Virus record (IMG/VR): IMGVR_UViG_3300025322_000532
Coordinates: 1 to 52,689 of that record
Reading direction: 5' to 3' (one strand)
DNA from: a virus
Taxonomy: Duplodnaviria; Caudoviricetes
Length of the DNA stretch: 52,689 nt
Part shown: one piece after another, positions 35,450 through 43,774 of the stretch
Numbering within the stretch: position 1 is the first letter of the stretch
Layout of the letters: each line of letters opens with the position of its first letter
The notes under the pieces: model-generated
What the model was told of the DNA's origin: nothing
The model's input: only the letters and a program-made list of their open reading frames with translations
The model's database searches: none
Translations under genes and position numbers: made by a program

Positions 35450-35702
35450 GAACGCTGGCACAAAGAAGTGGCGAGCGATGAGCATCCGCACCCAGCCGCG
35501 CCAGTTCGCGTACACCTACACCGGCCCCGTCCAGCCGCATGTGGCCGAGTGGATTCGGGTGAACGCCGAGTACGTCGCGGCAGGCGCCGGCAAGGATCGG
35601 GATCGGCCGCTGTGCATGGGAGGGTTGATCGACGGCAAGCTGTGCCGGCATCTGGCGAGGCTGGGCCGGACGAACTGCAGCAGAAAGCATGACGAAAGAT
35701 GA
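35442..35702 (+). CDS. Hypothetical protein
   Basis: Overlaps the previous stop. Confidence 0.45.
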   Translation: MTENAGTKKWRAMSIRTQPRQFAYTYTGPVQPHVAEWIRVNAEYVAAGAGKDRDRPLCMGGLIDGKLCRHLARLGRTNCSRKHDER

Positions 35703-35831
35703 TGGGCGGCGAGGGGTTCGTGGCACGCGGTAACGATCAGGCGGACGCTCAGATGCGTGCAATCGAAAGCTACCCTGATGGCCCTCGGCCCGCCCAACTG
35801 ACGCAACACCGGGCACAGGAGGCCCAATAGG

Positions 35832-36185
35832 ATGAGCGAGAACAGTGAGGTACAAGAGGAAACTTGGGAGGGCAACTATCGGACACTCTCTCGTCTCTTA
35901 GACGAGAAGAACGAGCGGCTCACCGCCCTCGAACACAAGTTGGATGTAACAGAACAGGAAGCTATCGCGTTTCGGGATCTACTGCAGGAGGCCAGAGCCA
36001 AGCTGGAGGCGGTCGAACAAGAGTACATGGAACTGTTGTATTCGGTCGTGACAAAGCACGAGGGTGAGACACGACACCAGACGGCGCTTCGTTACATCCG
36101 TGAGCGTGAGCATCACACAACTGAAGCGGTTGCCGCCCAAGAGGAGCCGAGCGGCCCCGGCCCGGCCTACGTCGATCAGGAATGA
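35832..36185 (+). CDS. Hypothetical coiled-coil phage protein
   Basis: AGGAGG upstream; YMELLYSV..KHEGETRHQTALRYI. Confidence 0.7.
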   Translation: MSENSEVQEETWEGNYRTLSRLLDEKNERLTALEHKLDVTEQEAIAFRDLLQEARAKLEAVEQEYMELLYSVVTKHEGETRHQTALRYIREREHHTTEAVAAQEEPSGPGPAYVDQE

Positions 36186-36255
36186 CCCCCCTCATCCTGC
36201 TGGTGATGTGGCTGACTGGGCGTTTGCCCCTATGTGCTGGACCGGAGGAGGAAGC

Positions 36256-36624
36256 ATGACCACAAGCTACTATCGTTTGAAAAGCCCGATCACGCATCTC
36301 AAAGTTGAGGAAACACCAACGCATGTCCGCGTGAGCATCTTTGTCAATCACGCCCACGCGGGTGTGCTTACAGTCAGGCAGGAAGAAAAGAAAGATCTCT
36401 ACCGTCTTTTCGAGCTGTACGAAGAGGATGATCAATGTCCGTTACGAAGCTGGTGGGGAGGCGCCGATCAGGGTTCCATTATTCAAGTCAATGATCCTAC
36501 ACTGCCCGACGAGACAGTTGTGTTCTCGGAATATGGCGAGCTACTGACGGTCGGTCAAGTGAAAGCCCGTCACGGCGCAAAACGCGCAGATGGATACCCC
36601 ACTGAGCTATTTGGCTATAAGTAA
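36256..36624 (+). CDS. Hypothetical protein
   Basis: GGAGGAGG RBS before ATG 36256. Confidence 0.65.
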   Translation: MTTSYYRLKSPITHLKVEETPTHVRVSIFVNHAHAGVLTVRQEEKKDLYRLFELYEEDDQCPLRSWWGGADQGSIIQVNDPTLPDETVVFSEYGELLTVGQVKARHGAKRADGYPTELFGYK

Positions 36625-36687
36625 CTTGCTGGACCTATTGATGGCTGATCAGACAATTTCTTGGGTTCACTGCGAAGGCCACAGCCT

Positions 36688-38058
36688 ATGAACCCTTCCG
36701 CGCTGATCGCCCAGGCTGATTGCTTCCGCATCCCACTTCCCGACAAGAGCGTGCACTGCTGCGTGACGAGTCCTCCCTATTGGGGCCTCCGCAAGTATTC
36801 TGGCAATCAAGGCGATGAGCCGCTGGGCCTGGAGCCGACCCCTGAGCGCCACATCGAGCGCACCGTGCAGTGGGCGCGGGAGGTCTATCGAGTGCTGCGG
36901 GACGATGGCGTATTTTTCTGCAATTACGGCGATTGTTACGCCGGCAGCGGGGGCGAAAATAACAACGGCGGCTTGGGCTCCACTCTGACCGGGACAGCAC
37001 GTCCCATCACGGACGATGGTTCCCGAAGCGGATTATGGCGGCGCAACCCTAGGCAAGAGTGCATCGCCCAAGGCAACCTCATGCTCATGCCCCACCGTGT
37101 CGCCCTCGCCCTACAAGCCGATGGCTGGATCGTGCGCCAGGACCTCGTGTGGAGCAAACCCAACCCGATGCCGGAGAGTGTGGCAGGTTGGCGGTGGCAG
37201 AAATCTGCTCAGCTCGATCCTACTATTTACTGGGGCATCCCGACGAATGTCCCCGCCGATCTTCCAGACGGTGGTTCAGTCCAACACCTCCGCCGAGGCT
37301 CGTTCAGGCACACTCGCAGCCACGAGTATGTTTTTATGCTGACCAAGCAGATGCAGTATTTTGCGGACGGTGAGGCTGTCAAAGAGAGGCTTGCGCTACC
37401 CGATGCCGCCGACAGTTCTCGCACGTTCGGTGGTAGCTCCAAGCACGGAGCCAATCTACAGCACGGAAAACGAACTACCGGGCGCGCCTACGACGTAGCT
37501 CCCACTGGCCGCAACCCCCGCTCCGTCCTCCACATCCCGACCGCGCCTTATCGCGGGGCGCACTACGCCACCTTTCCGCCTGCTCTGATTGCGCCCCTGA
37601 TCCTCGCTACCTGCCCCCGCTGGTGCTGCCCGGTGTGCGGGCAGGGATGGGCGCCGGTGGTTGAGAACCATTGGAAAGATGACGGTCGCAAACATGATGA
37701 TGGATATGCTATCGCAAAGCGGATGGGCTATCTCAGGCTGGAGTGCGATGACAACGATGGTTTCGCCACCAGGGTCCCGCCCGGTACAGTAAACGCGGAT
37801 ATTACTGTTCTCGGCCACCGCCCCACCTGCAACCATTCGCATACGCAGGCCGAGGCCGTGCCTGGCATCGTCTGCGACCCATTTGTGGGGTCGGGAACGA
37901 CGGTCATGGTGGCGAAGCAGCTCCTGCGGCGGGGCATCGGCTTTGATCTCAGCCTAGAATATCTTGACCAGCAGGCTTCGCTAAGGACGGGCGCAAGTTC
38001 CCGGAGCGGTCAGCTCGACAATCTGCCATTATTCGCCCGCGATGAAACCGAACCCTAA
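36688..38058 (+). CDS. Site-specific DNA methyltransferase (N4-C/N6-A, beta class) with Zn-ribbon insert
   Basis: CVTSPPYWGLR, WSKPNPMPES, HYATFP, CPVCG...C insert, DPFVGSGTT. Confidence 0.92.
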   Translation: MNPSALIAQADCFRIPLPDKSVHCCVTSPPYWGLRKYSGNQGDEPLGLEPTPERHIERTVQWAREVYRVLRDDGVFFCNYGDCYAGSGGENNNGGLGSTLTGTARPITDDGSRSGLWRRNPRQECIAQGNLMLMPHRVALALQADGWIVRQDLVWSKPNPMPESVAGWRWQKSAQLDPTIYWGIPTNVPADLPDGGSVQHLRRGSFRHTRSHEYVFMLTKQMQYFADGEAVKERLALPDAADSSRTFGGSSKHGANLQHGKRTTGRAYDVAPTGRNPRSVLHIPTAPYRGAHYATFPPALIAPLILATCPRWCCPVCGQGWAPVVENHWKDDGRKHDDGYAIAKRMGYLRLECDDNDGFATRVPPGTVNADITVLGHRPTCNHSHTQAEAVPGIVCDPFVGSGTTVMVAKQLLRRGIGFDLSLEYLDQQASLRTGASSRSGQLDNLPLFARDETEP

Positions 38059-38761
38059 GCCCACGCCCGCCCAAGCCGCGGTGCTCATGGAACTCGCGCG
38101 GGGAAGCGAGGTCTATTTCCAGCGCAGCGAATGGCGGACGATCGGGCCCAGATGGGTAAACGGCCGCGCCAAGTCTCGAGCCGGCACCATCCGGGCAGCC
38201 ACCTGGCGGGCGCTGATCGGTCTGGACTATGTGCAGCTCCAAGACCCGACCGGCTCCAAGTGGACGCTCACCGAAGCCGGGCTGCAGGCCGCGGGCGGAA
38301 TCAATCCCGAGGATCTGATCCGAGAACCGAAAGGGATGACCTCCCATGACGTGCTCAAATCTCTGCGGAAGCTATGGCCTTCGATGCCGATGAGTATTGA
38401 GGTGGCGGTCGGACCCACCGGAAACCCCTCCTATGCCGATGCCGTCTTCCTCATGGGCAGCGAGGGGATGACAGCCGTAGAAGTGAAAGTAAACCGCGGC
38501 GATTGGCTGGCCGAGCTCAAGGATCCGATGAAGCGGGCACCCATTGTCGCGATCTCGGCCCGGTTCTACTTTGCCACCCCAGCCGGAATGACGCTGCCCT
38601 CGGAACTTCCGGAAGGTTGCGGGCTGATCGAAGTTGAGCCGCGCACTCTCAAGGCTTCAGTCACGACCGGCGCAGCCCTGCGCTATCCATCGAAACCGGA
38701 TTGGCTATTAATGATGCGGATAGGGAGCGGGATGGAGCGAGCGGCGAGCCTTGGTTTATAG
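38042..38761 (+). CDS. MmcB-like PD-(D/E)xK nuclease with N-terminal wHTH-like region
   Basis: EV...ADAV...AVEVKVNRGDWLAELKDP.K...RFYFATP...ELPEGCGLIEV. Confidence 0.75.
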   Translation: MKPNPKPTPAQAAVLMELARGSEVYFQRSEWRTIGPRWVNGRAKSRAGTIRAATWRALIGLDYVQLQDPTGSKWTLTEAGLQAAGGINPEDLIREPKGMTSHDVLKSLRKLWPSMPMSIEVAVGPTGNPSYADAVFLMGSEGMTAVEVKVNRGDWLAELKDPMKRAPIVAISARFYFATPAGMTLPSELPEGCGLIEVEPRTLKASVTTGAALRYPSKPDWLLMMRIGSGMERAASLGL

Positions 38762-38782
38762 CAACATCTATCTCGAACACAT

Positions 38783-38887
38783 GGCCGGATATGGCGTGGC
38801 AAGGTAGGGCATAATGGGGCCTGGCAAGGCGAGATCCGGCGAGGCCAGGCATGGCTGGGCGCGGCGAGGCGAGGCTTGGCAAGGCAT
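38783..38887. repeat. Degenerate GGCNN pentanucleotide array (21 units in strict 5-bp phase)
   Basis: GGCCG GATAT GGCGT GGCAA GGTAG GGCAT AATGG GGCCT GGCAA GGCGA GATCC GGCGA GGCCA GGCAT GGCTG GGCGC GGCGA GGCGA GGCTT GGCAA GGCAT, then TTTTAATT. Confidence 0.85.
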
Positions 38888-38896
38888 TTTTAATTC

Positions 38897-38924
38897 TTGC
38901 GCCCCAATCCGTACCGTTTATAAT
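38897..38924 (+). promoter_or_regulatory. sigma70-like promoter
   Basis: TTGCGC-16 bp-TATAAT immediately after the GGCNN array. Confidence 0.55.
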
Positions 38925-38953
38925 GGAGCTAATTGGGCAGTTTTAGCCTGGTC

Positions 38954-39211
38954 ATGCCAAAACGGGCAGTACGAGACCTTTCCGCTCTGATCGAACACCT
39001 GGAGAACGAGCGGCTCGAAAAGAGCTGGACCGCGCTGGCGAAGGAATACGGCCTCTATCCGGCGATCTTGTGGCGCATCGTGAACGAGAGTTATGAACCC
39101 AGACGGGCCGACATCCGCAAGAAACTCGGGCTTCCCCAAGTCATTCGGGTTCCGATACAACGAGGAAAGAACGGTCGCTTCGAACCCATTGAGCAGAGTG
39201 AGCAAACATGA
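38954..39211 (+). CDS. Putative HTH protein (Cro/Xre-like)
   Basis: SWTALAKEYGLYPAILWRIVN...P....RKKLGL. Confidence 0.6.
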   Translation: MPKRAVRDLSALIEHLENERLEKSWTALAKEYGLYPAILWRIVNESYEPRRADIRKKLGLPQVIRVPIQRGKNGRFEPIEQSEQT

Positions 39212-39516
39212 CCCGCAATCAGAAACTCGGAGTAGGGCTTGGCGTGATCGCGACCGGAGCGCTGATCGGCTCCGTGGTCTTTGCCCAACCCAACCTGCCG
39301 CTGACGTTGATCTGGACGACTGATTGCCCTGGACTGAGCCTAGCTCTAGCCGAGGTTCATGTCAGTGCGGACATCGTTCAGTGTTGGCTCATCGACATGA
39401 CGGCGACGCCGACGAATACGCCCAGGCCACGGCCCACCTTTACACCCAGACCTACTCTGACGCCTCGCGCTCCGCCGACATTGACCCCGCGACCCTCGCC
39501 CGGTCCTCCTGATTAA
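39208..39516 (+). CDS. Membrane-anchored/secreted protein with Pro/Thr-rich tail
   Basis: N-terminal TM/signal; TATPTNTPRPRPTFTPRPTLTPR. Confidence 0.65.
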   Translation: MTRNQKLGVGLGVIATGALIGSVVFAQPNLPLTLIWTTDCPGLSLALAEVHVSADIVQCWLIDMTATPTNTPRPRPTFTPRPTLTPRAPPTLTPRPSPGPPD

Positions 39517-39531
39517 TTGGAAAGGATCAAC

Positions 39532-39750
39532 ATGACCGACTTCATAGAAGTTCAGCCAGCGACCGAAAAGGGTAATACTGAACCGCGGATCCTTCTGAAT
39601 ACCGCCACCATCGTTTCTGTACGGCCTAAGACGGGTACGGGTGGCTACGGCCATTCGGTCATCATCGCAATTGACGAAAGCCCGATGCCCGTCTGGGAGC
39701 CGTATGAACATTTGGCCTCACAGCTCCTGAAAGGAAGAGATGATGACTGA
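39532..39750 (+). CDS. Hypothetical protein
   Basis: AAGGA RBS; 72 aa. Confidence 0.6.
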   Translation: MTDFIEVQPATEKGNTEPRILLNTATIVSVRPKTGTGGYGHSVIIAIDESPMPVWEPYEHLASQLLKGRDDD

Positions 39751-40432
39751 CCAGACGAAATTCGGCCTCGGCCGCCGCCATGCCCCCGACCCGCGGGATA
39801 ACGCGTTCATGATCCGGGAGATCGCGGCCCCGGTGAAGGCCGCGGTCCCGGTCCGCAAGACCCGTTACTGGAACGCGTCGGGCTGGTGGGGGGATCAGGA
39901 CGGCACCAATCAATGTGTCGGCTATGCCTGGAACCACTACATCGAAGACGGGCCCATCACGCACAAGCCGAAGGGCGCGAAGACCCCGCCGCTCTATGAC
40001 CCGGCCTATCTGTACGCGCAGGCCCAGCTCGTGGACGAATGGGAGGGCGAGGCCTATGAAGGGACTTCCGTCCGGGCCGGTGCCAAGGTGCTCAAGACCC
40101 TCGGCCTGATCTCCGAGTACCGCTGGACCTGGGACGTGAACGACGTGATCGACGCCCTGCTCTATATCGGGCCGGTCGTGGTCGGGACCAATTGGTATCG
40201 CAGCATGTTCGAGCCCGATGAGAATGGCGTGCTCGGGATTGCGGGTCTGATCGACGGCGGCCACGCCTATGTGCTCAACGGGATCAGCCAGCCTAAGAAC
40301 CTGATCCGGATCAAGAACTCGTGGAGCCGGGGCTGGGGAAAGAATGGCTTCGCCTACATCATGCCCCATGATCTACAGCGATTGCTCAATGAGCAAGGTG
40401 AGTGTTGCCTTGCGACGGAGGTAGCGACATGA
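39740..40432 (+). CDS. Papain-like (C1) cysteine peptidase
   Basis: DQDGTNQCVGYA (Gln/Cys), GGHAYVLNG (His), IKNSWSRGWGKNG (Asn). Confidence 0.9.
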   Translation: MMTDQTKFGLGRRHAPDPRDNAFMIREIAAPVKAAVPVRKTRYWNASGWWGDQDGTNQCVGYAWNHYIEDGPITHKPKGAKTPPLYDPAYLYAQAQLVDEWEGEAYEGTSVRAGAKVLKTLGLISEYRWTWDVNDVIDALLYIGPVVVGTNWYRSMFEPDENGVLGIAGLIDGGHAYVLNGISQPKNLIRIKNSWSRGWGKNGFAYIMPHDLQRLLNEQGECCLATEVAT

Positions 40433-40554
40433 TCTTCACACAGTTTCTATGTGCCATCGGACTGCATCGATGGTTCCAAGATACCTTGGATCATCAGGTT
40501 TGCTTGAGATGTGTCAAATGGCGCAAGCACAAAGGGCCGCGTGATCTGCTTTAA
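40429..40554 (+). CDS. Small Cys/His protein (LCxxGxHxW...CxRC, DUF1660-like, 41 aa)
   Basis: GGAGG RBS and ATGA overlap; MIFTQFLCAIGLHRWFQDTLDHQVCLRCVKW... Confidence 0.55.
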   Translation: MIFTQFLCAIGLHRWFQDTLDHQVCLRCVKWRKHKGPRDLL

Positions 40555-40557
40555 ACC

Positions 40558-40589
40558 GAACGGCCCGGGACGCCGCTCCCAGGCCGTTC
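40558..40589. terminator. Hairpin at the convergence point of the two genome arms
   Basis: Minus strand GAACGGCCTGGGA-GCGGCG-TCCCGGGCCGTTC, a 13-bp stem with one G-U, followed by GGTTT. Confidence 0.65.
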
Positions 40590-40614
40590 TCCCAGAGGAG
40601 GAGGAAGACCGCGC

Positions 40615-40914
40615 TTACTTGAGCTTGTTCAGGCCCAGCCTGCCCAGCAAGATTTCGTAGACCGCCCGAGCCGAACCCATGACCGCCACCGCGGCCGCCA
40701 GCAGATTCGTGGCGAACTCCAGCGGATCCTCCGAGAACCCGATGTCGGGCTTCATCCAGATCCCCGCCATCACGACCGCCACGACGAACACCAGAATCTT
40801 CGCGTAGTTGCTCGGGACTTCGAACCCCAGCCGTCCCGCCACGAATTTCAGGACTGCCGTGATGACCGAGGCCGCGATGCCGATGAGCGCCAGTTGTCCA
40901 GGATCAAGTTCCAT
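40615..40914 (-). CDS. Putative holin (3 TM)
   Basis: 99 aa, three hydrophobic helices, basic C-terminus, AGGAG RBS; last gene of the lysis region. Confidence 0.65.
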   Translation of the reverse strand: MELDPGQLALIGIAASVITAVLKFVAGRLGFEVPSNYAKILVFVVAVVMAGIWMKPDIGFSEDPLEFATNLLAAAVAVMGSARAVYEILLGRLGLNKLK

Positions 40915-40932
40915 GTGCTTTTTCTCCTATTC

Positions 40933-41586
40933 CTATTCCATTCGGATGGGATGTCCCCAAGTCAAGCGTAAGAAGATTCGACGCAGCTCCTCCTCCTGTT
41001 TATACCACTGACCTAAACCCCACCGATACCCCAACGTCGCGAGCCAATCCCCTACACGGTCGGGAGTGATAGCTTCTCCGGTAAGCCGCATCCGGAAGAC
41101 CGGCACCCAATACCCAATGATCCGATCGGCATACGCGTACCCACCATAGCGGCCGCAGCGCCCAGCGTCAAGTCCTACGAACCCGCAGTTGTAGGCTCCG
41201 AGTGCCCGGCGCAGATTACCGTCGGTTTGCCGAAGGGTGGCCGAAAACATCCGCATCCCAATGTAGATATTGAACTCCGGACGTTTGAGTTGGTCCACAG
41301 TCCCTGTCCAGCTCCTAGGAATCACTTGCATTAGTCCAATCGAGTTCCAATCATCCTCTCCCTCCAGATAGGGAAACCCTTGGCTCTCCTGAGCGATCAC
41401 GCCGAGGACCCAAGCCGGATCGAGTTCGGGAAAATAGGAATGCCAGCGCTCGACGAGCGGCAGCCATTGAATGACGTTCCGAATCAGCCATTCGGGAGGG
41501 GCTTTCTCTTGGGCTGGTGATTGTAGAGGGGCGAGCACCGCGCTGAACGCCAGCAGTAGGCGGGGTGCCCAGCGAGCTAGGAGCAG
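40933..41586 (-). CDS. SLT-type lytic transglycosylase
   Basis: VIAQESQG, GLMQV, FNIYIGM, ALGAYNCG. Start uncertain: CTG 41586 with GGAGG RBS, or GTG 41538. Confidence 0.88.
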   Translation of the reverse strand: MLLARWAPRLLLAFSAVLAPLQSPAQEKAPPEWLIRNVIQWLPLVERWHSYFPELDPAWVLGVIAQESQGFPYLEGEDDWNSIGLMQVIPRSWTGTVDQLKRPEFNIYIGMRMFSATLRQTDGNLRRALGAYNCGFVGLDAGRCGRYGGYAYADRIIGYWVPVFRMRLTGEAITPDRVGDWLATLGYRWGLGQWYKQEEELRRIFLRLTWGHPIRME

Positions 41587-41607
41587 CTCGCGGCCTCCAA
41601 ACGCTGA

Positions 41608-41724
41608 TCATGGTCTCTCAAACGCGCCTCCGAACAACATCTCATTGATCATTAGCAGGATCACGATCACTAGACCGAACGCGCCTAGCACGAATCCGAC
41701 GGGCAGCAACCATTCGCCTTTCAC
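41608..41724 (-). CDS. Single-TM peptide (38 aa)
   Basis: GTGA overlap with the LCP stop; MKGEWLLPVGFVLGAFGLVIVILLMINEMLFGGAFERP. Confidence 0.55.
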   Translation of the reverse strand: MKGEWLLPVGFVLGAFGLVIVILLMINEMLFGGAFERP

Positions 41725-42653
41725 GGATCGGCCTCGCAGATCTGATCAAACACACAGTCATTCATCCAGAGTTCCAGATCAAAGACCGGGACCATGCCCC
41801 GGATTTCCAAGGGAGTATCCCCGCGCTGGATATAGGGTTCCTCCAGCTGGACGAATCGTATGGTTTGCTCAGTCTTCTTCACTCGATAGGCGAGTTCGGC
41901 CAGGGCATAGAAGTCCCGCAGGCTGTCGAGATCTGTCTGCAAGAGCGGACCCCAGCGCGAGAGTGCCAATCCGGCCGCGGCGATTGGATCGCTCGTGACG
42001 TATTCGAAGCCCCGGCTCCAGATCGCATTCAGGACCCGGAAGCCCCGCTGTTCGGCATCATAACTCCCGAGCTCCCAGTTCGCGTGGTTATCTCTCAGGT
42101 AGACCAGCGTCTCGGCCCCGGTCAATCGCTGTGATCCCACTGGCGCGATCCCTCCCAAGTCATCAATGAAGACCTCGAAGCGATCCATATCGGTGTAAAA
42201 GATGCCGTCGAGCGAAACCCCAAAGACCTCCCGGAAATAGAGCTGCAGGCCAGTCCACCCATCCCGGCCCCAGACCGCGAAGAGCCATTCATCCTCCAGG
42301 CCCCGGACCGGAACGTAGAGATTGCGCGGGAACTGGATGACCGAGATATTCAGGGGATCGGTCTCTAAGACGGAAATCAGAACGATGACATCGGTCTTGT
42401 TGCCCCATCCGGTGTTGGCCCGGTGCGCCCGGTAGTCTCCGCCCAGGATCAGCCAGTTCGTGCGGTCTATGACCGGCTCGTTGAAGACTGGATCCCGCTG
42501 AACGGTAAATGGGGTCGGATAGCTAGGAAGCGTTGGAAGAGGGATCAGTGTCGGGCGCGGGATCGGACTAGGTTCTATCGTCGGGGTCTCTGTCCCCGGT
42601 TCGCAGGCGACAGAAAAGGCGAGCAATACGCACATAGAAACGGTCAGCCTCAT
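41721..42653 (-). CDS. LytR-CpsA-Psr (LCP) family lipoprotein
   Basis: Lipobox-like FSVAC and PT linker; NWLILGGDYR...KTDVIVLI...IQFPRNLYV...F..FIDDLGGI...LTGAETLVYLR. Confidence 0.8.
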   Translation of the reverse strand: MRLTVSMCVLLAFSVACEPGTETPTIEPSPIPRPTLIPLPTLPSYPTPFTVQRDPVFNEPVIDRTNWLILGGDYRAHRANTGWGNKTDVIVLISVLETDPLNISVIQFPRNLYVPVRGLEDEWLFAVWGRDGWTGLQLYFREVFGVSLDGIFYTDMDRFEVFIDDLGGIAPVGSQRLTGAETLVYLRDNHANWELGSYDAEQRGFRVLNAIWSRGFEYVTSDPIAAAGLALSRWGPLLQTDLDSLRDFYALAELAYRVKKTEQTIRFVQLEEPYIQRGDTPLEIRGMVPVFDLELWMNDCVFDQICEADP

Positions 42654-42654
42654 A

Positions 42655-42945
42655 TTATTGATTTCGTTTGAATGATGATACTAAGAAGGCGATCGCAGGT
42701 CCGATGATGGCACCGATGGCACCAATCGCTTTATCCCAAGTCCGAAGGCTCTTCACCGTGTCCTCGAAACCATCCATTCGATCTCGTTGAGCAATCTGCC
42801 GTTCGTCCAGCCTGGCGATGATGACGGCACTCTCCGTTACCTTGGTCTTGATGTGATTGACTTCCTGTTTTACTTCTCCGATCGCAGAGAGAATCTTAAC
42901 TTCTTGAGCTTCGAGTCGTTGGGTGATTACGTCATTATCGGCCAT
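42655..42945 (-). CDS. Coiled-coil + C-terminal TM protein (holin/XhlA-like)
   Basis: Heptad N-terminus IARLDERQ and TM AIGAIGAIIGPAIAFLV; follows the endolysin. Confidence 0.6.
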   Translation of the reverse strand: MADNDVITQRLEAQEVKILSAIGEVKQEVNHIKTKVTESAVIIARLDERQIAQRDRMDGFEDTVKSLRTWDKAIGAIGAIIGPAIAFLVSSFKRNQ

Positions 42946-43015
42946 CAGGATGGGTCCGCCTCAGGCTGGGGCTACGCTAACACAGGTTGAGGGAGGCTGA
43001 CAAGTAGGCCCGAAG

Positions 43016-43774
43016 TCATGGAGCCAGATTCCAGCCGTGGGAGACCGCTTCCCGCTCCAAGATCCCGACTCGCTGCTCGAGCGTGGGCGGTGCCGGGGTC
43101 AGGCCAAGGAAGCCTCGGAACTGATCCTCGGTCGCGTTGACCACGTTGTAATCCATGCTCTCCGATTGGGCACCCAACGGCTTGCCGCCCGACGTCCACT
43201 GCCAGAGCGCCCAGTCGGTCCAGCCCTTCGCGAGCGTGGCCGGTTTCTTAGGGGTTTCCGGCTGCTGCGAAATGTCGATCCCGCCCCGCGGCATCGTGAC
43301 GATGTATTCCGCTTCCCAGAGCGGATAGGTGTTCTCCCATCCAGCCGCCACGGTCCACCACCAGGAGGCCGAGTAGACCAAGACTTTGCGCTGCAGGACG
43401 GCGGCCACTCGATCAAGCCAGATCTTCGCCTGAGCCTGGATCGCGGCCTTTGTCAGCCCATGATCCAATTCGACATCCAGGACCGCCAGATCGACCGGAC
43501 CGCAGCGGGCCAGGAAATGATCCGCTTCTCGGATCGGGTTCTTGTTGGCCGGCCACAGGACATGATAGGCCCCGAAGATCATCCCATTATCTCGAGCCTG
43601 CTTCTGGCCATTGTGGTAGAAGTCAAGAGAGCGCCCGACCGATGAACCATCTTCCGCAAGCCCGATCGTGCAGCGGGCAATGATCCCGCAGAAACCCGCG
43701 GCTTTGATCTTCACGGCATCAATCATGCCTTGATACCGGCTCGTATCTACGAGGGCGGCTCTCATATCGGGCAT
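43016..43774 (-). CDS. GH25 muramidase endolysin
   Basis: VDTSRYQG, FGAYH, VLDVE (DxE), LWEAEY, WQWTS, DYN. Confidence 0.92.
   Translation of the reverse strand: MPDMRAALVDTSRYQGMIDAVKIKAAGFCGIIARCTIGLAEDGSSVGRSLDFYHNGQKQARDNGMIFGAYHVLWPANKNPIREADHFLARCGPVDLAVLDVELDHGLTKAAIQAQAKIWLDRVAAVLQRKVLVYSASWWWTVAAGWENTYPLWEAEYIVTMPRGGIDISQQPETPKKPATLAKGWTDWALWQWTSGGKPLGAQSESMDYNVVNATEDQFRGFLGLTPAPPTLEQRVGILEREAVSHGWNLAP

Noticed and set aside
38783-38887. CRISPR or mini-array
   Set aside because: Units are 5 bp with no repeat-spacer structure; no cas genes in the window.
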